Shown here: piece by piece, positions 9,140-19,089 of the stretch
Numbering within the stretch: position 1 is the first letter of the stretch
Layout of the letters: each line of letters opens with the position of its first letter
NCBI GenBank assembly: GCA_030740155.1
Contig: JASLXV010000008.1
Coordinates: 32,001-96,000, forward strand
Direction: 5' to 3'
Source: Dehalococcoidia bacterium
GTDB taxonomy: Bacteria > Chloroflexota > Dehalococcoidia > Lucifugimonadales > UBA3495
DNA length: 64,000 nt
Made by a program: the position numbers and the translations under genes
The notes under the pieces: generated by a model
Database searches by the model: none
What the model was told of the DNA's origin: nothing
What the model saw: the letters and a program-made list of their open reading frames with translations, nothing else

Positions 9140-10666
9140 TTACCTGGCGTATTCCACGTTCCGGGTCTCCCGGATAACGGTGACCTTGATTTGCCCGGGG
9201 AAAACCAGGTCGTCCTCAACCTTCTTCGCGATGTTCCGGGCCAATGAGGCAGCCTCGATGTCTGTCAGGTCATCGGGTTTCACCATGACTCTGACCTCGC
9301 GGCCCGCCTGGATGGCGAAGGCCCGCTCGACCCCGCCGAAGCTGGTGGCCACGCCCTCCAGGTCGCGGAGGCGCTTCACGTACAGCTCCAAGGACTCTTT
9401 CCGGGCCCCGGGCCGGGCGGCGCTGATGGCGTCGGCGGAGGCCACCATAAACGACTCGATGGTCTCATGCTCGTCGCTGTGGTGTTCCAGGATGCCACGG
9501 TAGGAGCTGTGGTTGACGCCGTACTTCCGGGCTATCTCCGCCCCGATCTCAGCATGGGGGCCGGAGACCTCATGGGTCACGGCTTTGCCGATGTCATGGA
9601 GCAAGCCACCGATCTTGGCCACCATGACGTTTGCTCCCGCTTCGGCCGCCAGCATACCGGAAAGCAGCGACACCTCGATGGAGTGTTTGAGAACATTTTC
9701 GCCGTAGCTGTACCGGTACTTGAGTTGGCCTAGCAGCTTGATCAGCTCTGGGTCCAGCCCGCTCACGCCCACCTCGAAAGTGGCCTGCTCGCCGGCTTTC
9801 CAGATAGTCTGCTCGATCTCAGCTTGAGCCTTGTGGACCATGTCTTCGATTCGGGCAGGCTGTATCCGTCCGTCGGCAATCAGCTTCTGCAGCGAGAGGC
9901 GCGCGACCTCCCGCCGAACCGGATCGAAGCAGGATACGGTAACCACCTCCGGAGTGTCGTCAATGATGACGTCCACGCCCGTTAGTGATTCCAGAGTTCT
10001 TATGTTCCGCCCCTCGCGACCGATGAGACGGCCTTTCATCTCATCGTTGGGCAGGGAAACAACAGTGGTAGTTATTTCGGAAACGACATCAGTAGCCAGA
10101 CGGTTTATGGCCGTGGTAATGATCTTGCGAGCGTTCTCGTCGGCTCTTGTGCGGAACTCCTTCTCGAGTTCGTAGTGCCGGCGCGCCAGGTCGTGTTGGG
10201 CCTCCTCTTCTCCCCTCTTCACCACTTGCTGGCGTGCTTCGTCTATGGTGAGGTTGGCTATCTCCTCCAGCGCTTGACGTTGCCGGGATTTCAGGTCCTC
10301 AACCTCGGTGAGGGCCTCTCGCGCCGCGGATTCCCTAGCGGCGATGTCACGCTGTTGTTCTTCCTGAGCCTCGACCTTACGCTCTAGCTGCTCTTCCCTT
10401 TGGAGGTACCTTCGTTCTAGCCGGCTGAGTTCCTGCCGATTTTCCTTGATTTCTCGATCAGCGTCCGTGCGTAGATTGAGCACCTCTTCCTGGGCCGCCA
10501 GAAGGAGCTTTCGCTTTTCCTCCTCGCCCTGGGAAACAATGCCTTTGGCCGTTTCATTGGCCTCCAGCGCCTGGGTACCGTCTGCTTTGGCTCTACCGAA
10601 TAGCCGGGTTACTACCTCTTTCCCTGCGGCCGCCAGTGCGGACAGGAAAACGATGATAATTCTCAC
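9140..10666 (-). CDS. rny: Ribonuclease Y
   Basis: N-terminal hydrophobic anchor and coiled coil; KH domain MKGRLIGREGRNIR; HD domain LLHDIGKA; ADAISAARPGAR; FAIQAGREVRV. Confidence 0.98.
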   Translation of the reverse strand: MRIIIVFLSALAAAGKEVVTRLFGRAKADGTQALEANETAKGIVSQGEEEKRKLLLAAQEEVLNLRTDADREIKENRQELSRLERRYLQREEQLERKVEAQEEQQRDIAARESAAREALTEVEDLKSRQRQALEEIANLTIDEARQQVVKRGEEEAQHDLARRHYELEKEFRTRADENARKIITTAINRLATDVVSEITTTVVSLPNDEMKGRLIGREGRNIRTLESLTGVDVIIDDTPEVVTVSCFDPVRREVARLSLQKLIADGRIQPARIEDMVHKAQAEIEQTIWKAGEQATFEVGVSGLDPELIKLLGQLKYRYSYGENVLKHSIEVSLLSGMLAAEAGANVMVAKIGGLLHDIGKAVTHEVSGPHAEIGAEIARKYGVNHSSYRGILEHHSDEHETIESFMVASADAISAARPGARKESLELYVKRLRDLEGVATSFGGVERAFAIQAGREVRVMVKPDDLTDIEAASLARNIAKKVEDDLVFPGQIKVTVIRETRNVEYAR

Positions 10667-10726
10667 GGTATCACCCGTTCCTTCCCGCTAGTTGGCCTAG
10701 TCAGGAGTCCTCAAATTTGTGCTAAT

Positions 10727-10755
10727 ATCGTAGCGATAAGCGTTAACCCTGTCAA
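10727..10755 (-). promoter_or_regulatory. Sigma70-type promoter of the rny operon
   Basis: Minus strand TTGACA-17 nt-TACGAT. Confidence 0.65.
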
Positions 10756-10929
10756 GGAGAGCTGGCTTCCAGACCCCGTTACATCGGGTATTCAGTACCT
10801 TCACAGCTGATCGCTTTATGCCCTGCTGGAGTCATCTATCGGCCCGCGTGGGGCTGGACCGGCACCGTTTCAACCGCCCCGGATTTCTCATTTCGTCGAG
10901 ATCACGGGGAGATAGTGACTGTTCTTCTC

Positions 10930-10958
10930 TTGAGCCTCCCATTCCGCTGCACTATAAT
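10930..10958 (+). promoter_or_regulatory. Sigma70-type promoter of dnaJ-prmA
   Basis: TTGAGC-17 nt-TATAAT; GGAGG-like SD (GCAGGTG) before ATG 11022. Confidence 0.6.
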
Positions 10959-11021
10959 GGGAGGGATACTATCGACTGGTGCGGCGCACTTCGCTTCACC
11001 AACCGCCGCAGGTGATATTAC

Positions 11022-12188
11022 ATGGCCAACCTGGACTATTACGAAGTCCTGGGAGTACCTAAAAGCGGTTCCGAGGAGGATATCCGTAAGGCCTTTCGCA
11101 AAAAGGCGATGGAGTTTCACCCGGACCGTAACAAGAGTCCCGACGCCGAAGACAAGTTCAAAGAGATCAACGAGGCCTACCAGGTCCTGTCCAACGGGAA
11201 CAAACGGGCTCAATACGACCGCTTCGGCCACGCCGGAGCGGGCTCGAACGGTGGCTTCGACCGCCCGTTCGAAGGGTTCGACGTATTCGGCGGATTCGGG
11301 GATATTTTCGATTCCTTTTTCGGGGATATCTCAGGTCGCCGGAACCGCGAGGCCCAGCGGGGCGGCGACCTGCAGCACCGCGTAGTCCTCTCCTTCGAGG
11401 AGGCGGTCTTCGGCGCCGAACACCAAGTTGAGGTCAACCGCCTGGAACGGTGCCAGCGCTGCTCGGGCGCCGGGAACGAGCCGGGCACCCCTCTCAACAA
11501 TTGCCAGACCTGCCGGGGCGCCGGCCAGGTGCGCCGGGCCCAGCGAAGCATCTTTGGCCAGTTCACCCAGGTCAGCGTGTGCCCCACCTGCCAGGGCCGG
11601 GGCCAGGTTGTTCAAACCATGTGCAACGACTGCCAGGGCGGCGGCCTGGAACGGCGTAAGCGCAAGATAGCCGTTAGAATACCTGCCGGCGTTGAGCTCG
11701 GAATGCAGGTGCGCTTGAGCGGCGAGGGGGATGTCGGGGACGAAGGCGGGACGGCTGGAAACCTGTATGTTCACGTGGACGTGCGGGAACACGAGTTCTT
11801 CCACCGGGATGGTAATGACCTGGTGTACCGCCTGATCATAAATGTGAGCGAAGCCGCTTTGGGAGTGGAGAAACTGATACCGGTCCTTGAGAAAGACGGC
11901 GGCGGACAGGCTATCAGGATACCCCACGGAACCCAGCCCGGAGCCGAATTCAGGCTTCGCGGGAAGGGCGTTCCCCATATCAACAGCTCCCGGCGCGGCG
12001 ACCTGAAGGTGTTGGTTGACATACAGGTCCCCCGAACCCTCACTTCACGCCAGCGCAAGCTCCTCGAGGCGTTGGCTAGCTCGATGGACTCCGATGGGGA
12101 GCCAGACGAGGCATTAGACGTGGAATTGGAAATGGACGGGGACAAAGACAAGGGGCTGATAAACCGGATCAAAGAGGCTTTGGGCTAA
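11022..12188 (+). CDS. dnaJ: Chaperone DnaJ
   Basis: J-domain HPD, G/F-rich region and four CxxCxGxG repeats. Confidence 0.98.
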   Translation: MANLDYYEVLGVPKSGSEEDIRKAFRKKAMEFHPDRNKSPDAEDKFKEINEAYQVLSNGNKRAQYDRFGHAGAGSNGGFDRPFEGFDVFGGFGDIFDSFFGDISGRRNREAQRGGDLQHRVVLSFEEAVFGAEHQVEVNRLERCQRCSGAGNEPGTPLNNCQTCRGAGQVRRAQRSIFGQFTQVSVCPTCQGRGQVVQTMCNDCQGGGLERRKRKIAVRIPAGVELGMQVRLSGEGDVGDEGGTAGNLYVHVDVREHEFFHRDGNDLVYRLIINVSEAALGVEKLIPVLEKDGGGQAIRIPHGTQPGAEFRLRGKGVPHINSSRRGDLKVLVDIQVPRTLTSRQRKLLEALASSMDSDGEPDEALDVELEMDGDKDKGLINRIKEALG

Positions 12189-12360
12189 GCACCGCCGGGG
12201 CCTCGTCGCATCTTCGGGCGGCGAGACGTGGCGGAGTGGGCGAGCCCAAGCTGCGTGGCTTCAACTTGGTCCGCGGCCTGCGGTTTTCAACGCCCGGGTA
12301 GTTTTGGCTCCCGGGCTTTTTGCGTTAGCCGGTTAATTGCGCTCTTGACTAGGAGGAGAA

Positions 12361-13233
12361 GTGGCTTGGCGGGAGCTTAGCATCGGCGTACCCCATGAGT
12401 ACGTGGAGCCCATTTCGTACCTGTTTAGCCGGTATGGCCGCGGCCTGAGTATGGAGGCGGACGGACCCGACCGCATCTTGCTGCGTACCTTCGTGCCGGC
12501 CACCTCCAAGCAGCGCCTGGCCCGCATCGAGGTTGGCGTCAAACTGGTCTCAATCTTGGAACCCCTGGGAGAACTGAGAATCCGAGAACTGGACGACAAG
12601 GAAGACTGGCAAGAGTCCTGGAAATCCCACTTCGATTTGCTGAGAGTGGGCAGGCGCCTGGTGATAAAGCCGACCTGGATCGAGCACGCACCTCAAGCCG
12701 GCGACATCGTCATCGAGATCAACCCGGGTATGGCCTTCGGAACTGGGTACCACCCGACGACGTACACTTGTTTGGAGGCGATGGATCACTTCGTGCAGCC
12801 CGGAATGTCGGTCTTGGACGTGGGAACCGGCTCCGGAATACTGGCGATAACCGCCGTCAAACTGGGGGCGAACCGCGTCGTCGCCATGGACATAGACCCG
12901 GAGGCGATACGGGCCGCCCGGCAGAATTTCCGCCGCACCCGCACCGCGAAAAAGGTGGGCTTGGCCCAGGGCACCGTGCCCCATCCGTTGGCCGGCCCGG
13001 AGCAGTTCGACCTGGCGGTGGCCAACATCTCGGCCCGGGCCGTCTGCGACCGCGGGCCATCCATCCTGTCTACCTTGCGGCCCGAGGGAATCCTGATCGC
13101 CTCAGGCTTGTTGAAGACCCAACGGCATGAAGTGCTGAGGGTCCTGGAACCGCTGGGCTGCACTCTCATCCGGCAGTGGTCTCAAGAGGACTGGGCATCT
13201 CTGGCGTTCCGGCGCGGTTCCGGCCAGCCGTAG
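12361..13233 (+). CDS. prmA: Ribosomal protein L11 methyltransferase
   Basis: INPGMAFGTGYHPTT and VLDVGTGSGILAI; downstream of dnaJ. Confidence 0.95.
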   Translation: MAWRELSIGVPHEYVEPISYLFSRYGRGLSMEADGPDRILLRTFVPATSKQRLARIEVGVKLVSILEPLGELRIRELDDKEDWQESWKSHFDLLRVGRRLVIKPTWIEHAPQAGDIVIEINPGMAFGTGYHPTTYTCLEAMDHFVQPGMSVLDVGTGSGILAITAVKLGANRVVAMDIDPEAIRAARQNFRRTRTAKKVGLAQGTVPHPLAGPEQFDLAVANISARAVCDRGPSILSTLRPEGILIASGLLKTQRHEVLRVLEPLGCTLIRQWSQEDWASLAFRRGSGQP

Positions 13234-13418
13234 ATTGCCCACTCCCATGCTCTGGCTTCCCGGCTGAGCCGCGCCGGGTGTTATACTGGCGGCGTGCCTG
13301 GCCCGTAGGTTTGACCCGCAGGTTCAACCCGTGGATTAGACCCGATGGTTTTGGCGAAGTCCTGGATCCGTTCGAACGCCTGGACGGCCCAAGGCCACGG
13401 TGAGCGTGACTGTTGCTT

Positions 13419-14453
13419 ATGGAGCAGGTGGACCTGAACCGCTACGAACTGGGCGGAGCTTTGGGCTCCGGGGCCGACTACGAGGTGCGGGCGGCCGTCG
13501 ACCGGAAAACCGGGCGGCAGGTGGTGCTGAAACGGCCCCAGCCTCAAATGGTCCGACGCCAGCTTCACGCCGGCATCGAAAAGCGCACCGAACGCTCTCT
13601 ACGGGCCCACCGTGAAGTGGGCCATTCGATTCCCCTGGTGGTCCCGGTTCTCGGTTACACTGAGCGCACCCTCCACGACGAGTATTTTGGCGAATCCCTG
13701 GGGCAGGAATACCGGGTAACCGTGGAGGAACGAGCCCTGGGCATTCCCCTGGTTGGTGACCCCATGGCCCGCATCACCGGGGTGCCTGTTGGGGTAGGGC
13801 AAAACCTCTTTGCCCTGTTCCCTCTGGCCGCGCTGGACCGCCAACCTTCCTTCCCGATTCAACGGCAGCTGCTGGACGTGGAAGAGGGGTTCTACCAGGC
13901 CGGATACATCCTGCTGGACCTCCGCCCCCAGAACATCTTTTACCAGCCGGAATCAAGGCGCATCACCGTCGTGGATTGCGGCGCCCTGATCGAGATTGGC
14001 GAAGAGCCCGCATCCCACGGGAACGTGCCTGGGAGTCTAGCCGCGGACATCCATGATTTCTACCTGGAAATGCTAAAGTTTTACACTACTTCGCAGCCTC
14101 CTCCCGCTGAAGCCAAGGGATACCGGGAGCCCCATGGGCTTCGTCCCGTGGTACGCTTTGAGGAGGAGTTGGACCAGATGTCTCGTGATTTCGGCGCCAC
14201 GCCCGGTCCGCTCCGTGACGCGGCCCTCCCGATGATCGAGAAGGTCCGCGGCCGGTCTTACGCGGATTTCGCCGGCTTCCGCCGCGACCTGACCACCTAC
14301 TTGGAGATCCTCGAGGAGCGGTACCGCGGGCTCCCGAACCTGGAGCAAGCTCGCCAAGTTTGGGCCGAGGCCCTGGGCTGGCTCCGGGGCGAGTATTGGC
14401 GGCGCTACTTATTTCAACCGGAAACCGAGCTTTCGGCCTTCACCGTTACTTAG
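13419..14453 (+). CDS. Atypical protein kinase-like protein
   Basis: YELGGALGSGADYEV (Gly loop), VVLK (subdomain II Lys), ILLDLRPQNI (catalytic loop) and VVDCG (DFG equivalent). Confidence 0.72.
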   Translation: MEQVDLNRYELGGALGSGADYEVRAAVDRKTGRQVVLKRPQPQMVRRQLHAGIEKRTERSLRAHREVGHSIPLVVPVLGYTERTLHDEYFGESLGQEYRVTVEERALGIPLVGDPMARITGVPVGVGQNLFALFPLAALDRQPSFPIQRQLLDVEEGFYQAGYILLDLRPQNIFYQPESRRITVVDCGALIEIGEEPASHGNVPGSLAADIHDFYLEMLKFYTTSQPPPAEAKGYREPHGLRPVVRFEEELDQMSRDFGATPGPLRDAALPMIEKVRGRSYADFAGFRRDLTTYLEILEERYRGLPNLEQARQVWAEALGWLRGEYWRRYLFQPETELSAFTVT

Positions 14454-14548
14454 GAAACCCGCGACCAGACTCCGGGGCGCCGGACCCGGCAACCTGCTGA
14501 ATTTAGGGGGCGGCCCGAGATCCCCTGGACTCCCGAGGGACGAGGTAT

Positions 14549-15244
14549 ATGCTAGCCAGTGAGGTGGCAACCCTCCAGGACAACTCGATCCATGGAGATG
14601 ACAGCTTCTTGACCCGGGACCTGGGCGGAAGGGCCTTCCTGGACGTGGTCATGGACGGGGTTACCGGCTGCGGCGGGGAGGAGGCCAGCCGCTCGGTAAG
14701 GGATGCATTGGCCGGGGTATCCGTCAACTCCCCGGATGACATCTTGGAGGTGCTGGAACGCGTCAACGAGGAGTTCTTCCAGGTGGGGGGAGGGCGTTAT
14801 CTGTTGACCACCATCTCCGCCGCTCTGTACCGGAATGGCCGGCTAGACGTCATCAGCGCCGGCGACAGCCCGGTCTTTCTCTTTAATCCCGGCTCTATTC
14901 AGCAGCTCAGCGGGCGCGTTGGCGGTCTTCTCCGGGCTAGCGCCGCCAAGCCCATTGGGTCCGGCCCGCACCTGGCGAGCCTAGCCAGGGTGGAGGCTCA
15001 GGTGGAGCCCGGCGCCCGCTTGGTACTGGCGACCGACGGGCTGAGCGACAATATCCAGCGCGAGGAACTGGGGGACCTGGTCCGGCGGGCAACGTCTCCT
15101 CTGGAAGCCGCCGGGAACATTGAACAGACGATCGCAGCCCTCCTCCGGGAGGGCCGGGTGCCGGCCCAGTTGGGCGGGCGGTTTCGCCACGACGACCGGA
15201 CGGCGATCATCCGGTTCTTTGGCGCAGGCGGGCCGGTGATCTAA
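14549..15244 (+). CDS. PP2C/SpoIIE-family protein phosphatase
   Basis: VMDGVTG, AGDSP, LATDGLSD and HDDRTAI metal-binding motifs. Confidence 0.88.
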   Translation: MLASEVATLQDNSIHGDDSFLTRDLGGRAFLDVVMDGVTGCGGEEASRSVRDALAGVSVNSPDDILEVLERVNEEFFQVGGGRYLLTTISAALYRNGRLDVISAGDSPVFLFNPGSIQQLSGRVGGLLRASAAKPIGSGPHLASLARVEAQVEPGARLVLATDGLSDNIQREELGDLVRRATSPLEAAGNIEQTIAALLREGRVPAQLGGRFRHDDRTAIIRFFGAGGPVI

Positions 15245-15484
15245 GACATCCCTCCGATTCTCGACATCTCTAGGGCCGGACCGGAGGACGGCTCAGGGTC
15301 AAACCAGCCTCCGGGGGAGAGGCCCCACCGAATCGAAGCTGCCATTAATGTGCCGTCTCCGTCGGTGCATTGACTGCAATTCGAAGCGCCGCCCCTTGTG
15401 ACATATTTCGAAACTTGCTACAATTCAGCCGTCTGGCCCTCGCGAGCCAGTGGCTGGCGGAACACCCGAAAAGGAGCAATTTCT

Positions 15485-16558
15485 GTGAGGAAAATAAAAG
15501 TCGCAATTATCGGAGTCGGTAATTGCGCGTCCTCATTGGTCCAAGGCATTCACAAGTACGTCGAATTACCGGAGGAAGGCGAAGTTTCCGGGGTGATGCA
15601 CCCGAGAATCGGCGACTACCGGATTGAGGACATCGAGGTGGTGGCCGCTTTCGATGTCGACGAGACCAAAGTGGGTAAGGATCTGTCGGAGGCCATATTC
15701 GCCGGCCCCAACAACACCCTGAAGTTCGCGGAGGTCCCCCACATGGGGGTAACCGTCGAACGGGGCATGACTCATGATAGCATCGGCAAGTACGTGAAGC
15801 ACCTGGTGAAGAAGTCTTCGCATCCCACGGCCAACATCGTAAGCATTCTCGAAGACCGGGAAGTTGACGTGGTGATCAACTACCTGCCAGTTGGCAGCGA
15901 GGACGCTACCAAGTGGTACGTGGAGCAGATACTCAACGCCAGATGCGGCATGGTCAACTGCGTCCCGGTCTTCATCGCCAGAGAAGATTACTGGCAGGGC
16001 CGCTTTCAGGAGCGAGGGTTGCCGATCATCGGTGATGACATCAAGTCCCAGGTGGGCGCGACCATCCTTCACCGGGTCCTCACGCGCCTGTTCGAAGACC
16101 GTGGGGCGGAGATCGAGAACACCTACCAGTTGAACTTCGGCGGTAACACCGATTTCCTGAATATGCTGGAACGGGAACGGCTGATCTCCAAGAAGATCTC
16201 CAAGACCGGAGCGGTCACCTCCCAGATGGACGACGAAATCGACCCGGACAACATTCATATCGGTCCCAGCGACCACGTACCCTGGCTCAAGGATCGCAAG
16301 TGGTGTTACGTTCGCCTGGAGGGCAAGGTGTTTGGCGGCGCCCCGATCAGCTTAGAAGCTAAACTAGAGGTGTGGGACAGCCCGAACTCCGCGGGGGTGG
16401 TGGTGGATGCTATTCGGTGCGCCAAGCTGGCGTTGGACCGGGGCCTGGGAGGGGCGGTGGCGGGCCCCAGCGCGTATTTCATGAAGTCCCCACCGACACA
16501 ATATACCGATGACGTTGCCAGGGATATGGTAGAGGCCTTTATTGCCGGTGAGGGCTAG
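15485..16558 (+). CDS. ino1: myo-inositol-1-phosphate synthase
   Basis: [47 protein letters not shown] and [17 protein letters not shown] before GTG 15485. Confidence 0.96.
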   Translation: MRKIKVAIIGVGNCASSLVQGIHKYVELPEEGEVSGVMHPRIGDYRIEDIEVVAAFDVDETKVGKDLSEAIFAGPNNTLKFAEVPHMGVTVERGMTHDSIGKYVKHLVKKSSHPTANIVSILEDREVDVVINYLPVGSEDATKWYVEQILNARCGMVNCVPVFIAREDYWQGRFQERGLPIIGDDIKSQVGATILHRVLTRLFEDRGAEIENTYQLNFGGNTDFLNMLERERLISKKISKTGAVTSQMDDEIDPDNIHIGPSDHVPWLKDRKWCYVRLEGKVFGGAPISLEAKLEVWDSPNSAGVVVDAIRCAKLALDRGLGGAVAGPSAYFMKSPPTQYTDDVARDMVEAFIAGEG

Positions 16559-16605
16559 CCCGGCCAAAGGAAACTGTTTCCGGCGCTCGGGCTCGGAGAG
16601 ACTGC

Positions 16606-17748
16606 TTGAAGATCGCAATGGTGTCGCCCTACGACTTCACCTGGCCCGGGGGCGTGGCTGCTCATGTGGCCCAGCTGGCTCGTGAGCTTGGCCGGTCCGG
16701 GCACGAGGTACAGGTGCTGGCGCCCCATTCGCCCAGCCGGCAGCAACTCGATGCCGACCAGTTCGTCCCCTTGGGCCGGTCGGTCCCGCTGCCCAGCGGC
16801 GGCTCCATCGCCCGGGTCTCCCTCTCCTGGTGGTTGTATCCAAAGGTGCGGGCCCTGCTCCAACAGGAAGACTTCGACATTATCCACCTGCACGAGCCCA
16901 TGGCCCCGATCCTTCCCCTTTGCGTGCTGGAGTTTTCCAACGCCGTGAACGTGGGCACTTTCCACGCATCGTACAGCCATCAACACCTCTACCGGCTGAC
17001 CCACCCGATCATCAAGCGGTGGTACCAACGTCTCGATGGGGGTATCGCGGTATCACCGGCAGCCTGCCGCTACGTGAACAACTCCTTCCCCGCCGACTAC
17101 CGGATAATACCCAACGGCATCGACGTGGACCACTTTACCCGCAACTCAACTCCCTGGCCGGAATACCAGGACGGGAAGACGAATATCCTGTTCGTGGGCC
17201 GGCTGGAGAAGCGGAAGGGACTCAAGTATCTCCTGGAAGCCTACAGCCGGTTGAAATGGGATCTCCCCAACATCCGCCTCCTGGTGGTTGGGCCGGGCAA
17301 CCCGGACCGGGACTCCTACCGAATCATCGGCGCCCGCGGGCTGCAGGACGTGGTGTTCGCCGGCCGGGTGTCCTCTGAAGACCTGGCCCGCTACTACGCC
17401 ACCGCCCACATTTACTGCTCTCCGGCCACCGGCGCGGAAAGCTTCGGCATCGTCTTGCTTGAAGCCATGGCGGCAGGCAAACCGGTGGTGGCCTCCGATA
17501 TCGAAGGCTACCGCGACATCGTGACCCACGGACAACAAGGCCTCCTGTTCGCGCCCAAAGATTCCGAAGACTTGGCCAGTGCCCTCGCCTTGCTGGTGGC
17601 AAACCCGGAGTTGGCGCAGCGCATGGGAGCCAGGGGCCATCGGATGGTGCAAAAATACCGGTGGGACGTGGTGGCCTCTCAAGTTGAGGACTACTACGAT
17701 TACTGTCTGAAAGCAGCCAATGGCCGTGCCCGGAAGAGAGCAGTTTAG
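16606..17748 (+). CDS. GT4 glycosyltransferase, PimA-like (phosphatidyl-myo-inositol mannosyltransferase-like)
   Basis: MKIAMVSPYDFTWPGGVAAHV, HLHEP, VGTFHA, GRLEKRKG and ESFGIVLLEAMAAG. Confidence 0.85.
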   Translation: MKIAMVSPYDFTWPGGVAAHVAQLARELGRSGHEVQVLAPHSPSRQQLDADQFVPLGRSVPLPSGGSIARVSLSWWLYPKVRALLQQEDFDIIHLHEPMAPILPLCVLEFSNAVNVGTFHASYSHQHLYRLTHPIIKRWYQRLDGGIAVSPAACRYVNNSFPADYRIIPNGIDVDHFTRNSTPWPEYQDGKTNILFVGRLEKRKGLKYLLEAYSRLKWDLPNIRLLVVGPGNPDRDSYRIIGARGLQDVVFAGRVSSEDLARYYATAHIYCSPATGAESFGIVLLEAMAAGKPVVASDIEGYRDIVTHGQQGLLFAPKDSEDLASALALLVANPELAQRMGARGHRMVQKYRWDVVASQVEDYYDYCLKAANGRARKRAV

Positions 17749-18331
17749 GGCGGCGGTCGCTCGCTACTTCGAGTTGCCGGGCGCCCGGTTCTTTCGTGCG
17801 TTACGGCTTACCCCCAATGCGGTCAGCCTTCTAGGGTTTGGCTTGGCTGTGGCGGCCGCCGGCCTGGTTGGCTTTGGCTGGCTCTTCGCCGGAGGCATCG
17901 TGTTCTTGTCGGGCGGATTGCTGGACGCTCTGGACGGCGCTCTGGCCCGATTAACCGGAAAGGCCAGTCCTTTCGGGGCCCTCCTGGACTCGGTGCTTGA
18001 CCGGCTGAGTGAGGCGGCCCTCTTCGTGGGACTGGCAGTCTACGCCCTTGACGCCGATTTCAGCGACGATCGCCGGTTGTTCTTCATCGTCGTCCTTCTG
18101 CTGGCATTGATATTCTCTCAGGCGGTCAGCTACCTGCGGGCCCGAGGCGAAGGACTGGGGGTTTTCATCCGTTCCGGCCTGATGACCCGCGCCGAGCGGG
18201 TGGTGCTTCTGGGAGTTGGCCTGCTCGTCGGCCAGATAGTGTGGGTCTTGCTGTTCATCGCCGTGGCCTCCGGTTTCACCCTGCTACAGCGGCTGTTCAC
18301 CCTGCGCGGCAAGCTTGACGATAGTGGATAA
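17720..18331 (+). CDS. CDP-alcohol phosphatidyltransferase (PI/PIP synthase-like)
   Basis: TPNAVS and the signature DALDGALAR...FGALLDSVLDRLSE; SYLRARGE and RAER. Confidence 0.92.
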   Translation: MAVPGREQFRAAVARYFELPGARFFRALRLTPNAVSLLGFGLAVAAAGLVGFGWLFAGGIVFLSGGLLDALDGALARLTGKASPFGALLDSVLDRLSEAALFVGLAVYALDADFSDDRRLFFIVVLLLALIFSQAVSYLRARGEGLGVFIRSGLMTRAERVVLLGVGLLVGQIVWVLLFIAVASGFTLLQRLFTLRGKLDDSG

Positions 18332-18537
18332 CCGGGGAGTTCCCGTGTAAACTGTTAGTCCGGCTGGGGCCGGGTTCGTCGCCGGTTATCGTGGACCGGG
18401 CAAGATGTCGAATTCCTCAGGAGCCCGCTTCATGACGGCGCAACCTCTAATTGGAAACCGGGACAGATCAGAGGGGAAACGGTCCTGGCGCCAAGACTCG
18501 AAGGGCCACGTCAACCTTTGGATCAGGAGTAGCTAGC

Positions 18538-19011
18538 TTGCCCAATGAATTGAAAGGAAACTTGAACGGTGAAGGACTTCGGGTGGCAGTGGTTGCGGCC
18601 AGATTCAACGAGGTGGTGACTCGCCTGTTGCTGACCGGGACGATAGAAACCTTGGCCCGGCATGGCGTTCGCGACGGAGACATCAGTGTTGCTTGGGTGC
18701 CAGGGTCCTTCGAGCTGGCGATGGTAGCCAAGACGTTCGCCCAGACGGGGCGGTACGACGCGGTCATCTGCCTGGGAGCGGTCATCCGCGGCGAGACCGG
18801 TCACTATGACATGGTGGCTGGGCAGGCCTCCGGTGGCACTGGGGCCGTGGGGCTGGAAACCGGGGTCCCGACCATCTTCGGGGTGCTGACCACCGAAAAC
18901 ATGGAGCAGGCGCTGAACCGGGCCGGAGGGAAATCGGGCAATACAGGCAGCACCGCTGCCGTGTCGGCCATCGAGACCGCCCGGCTGGTCCAGGCCATCA
19001 AAACCGGGTAG
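18538..19011 (+). CDS. ribH: 6,7-dimethyl-8-ribityllumazine synthase
   Basis: ARFNE, WVPGSFEL, LGAVIRGETGHYD and FGVLTT. AGGAG SD before TTG 18538. Confidence 0.96.
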   Translation: MPNELKGNLNGEGLRVAVVAARFNEVVTRLLLTGTIETLARHGVRDGDISVAWVPGSFELAMVAKTFAQTGRYDAVICLGAVIRGETGHYDMVAGQASGGTGAVGLETGVPTIFGVLTTENMEQALNRAGGKSGNTGSTAAVSAIETARLVQAIKTG

Positions 19012-19089
19012 AGCAGTCAGCAATCAGGTCAACCGCCGATACCTCATGGACGACGGCTGACGCCTGATAGCCAACCTCCGGAGGCCGCC

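Noticed and set aside
10700..10726. TTAGCAC on the minus strand near the rny/dnaJ divergence as a CIRCE element
   Set aside because: Only a partial half-site; the matching GAGTGCTAA arm is absent.
18332..18537. FMN riboswitch upstream of ribH
   Set aside because: Conserved FMN motifs (AGGGUGAAAUUCCC, AGUCUGGAUGGGAG) are not found.
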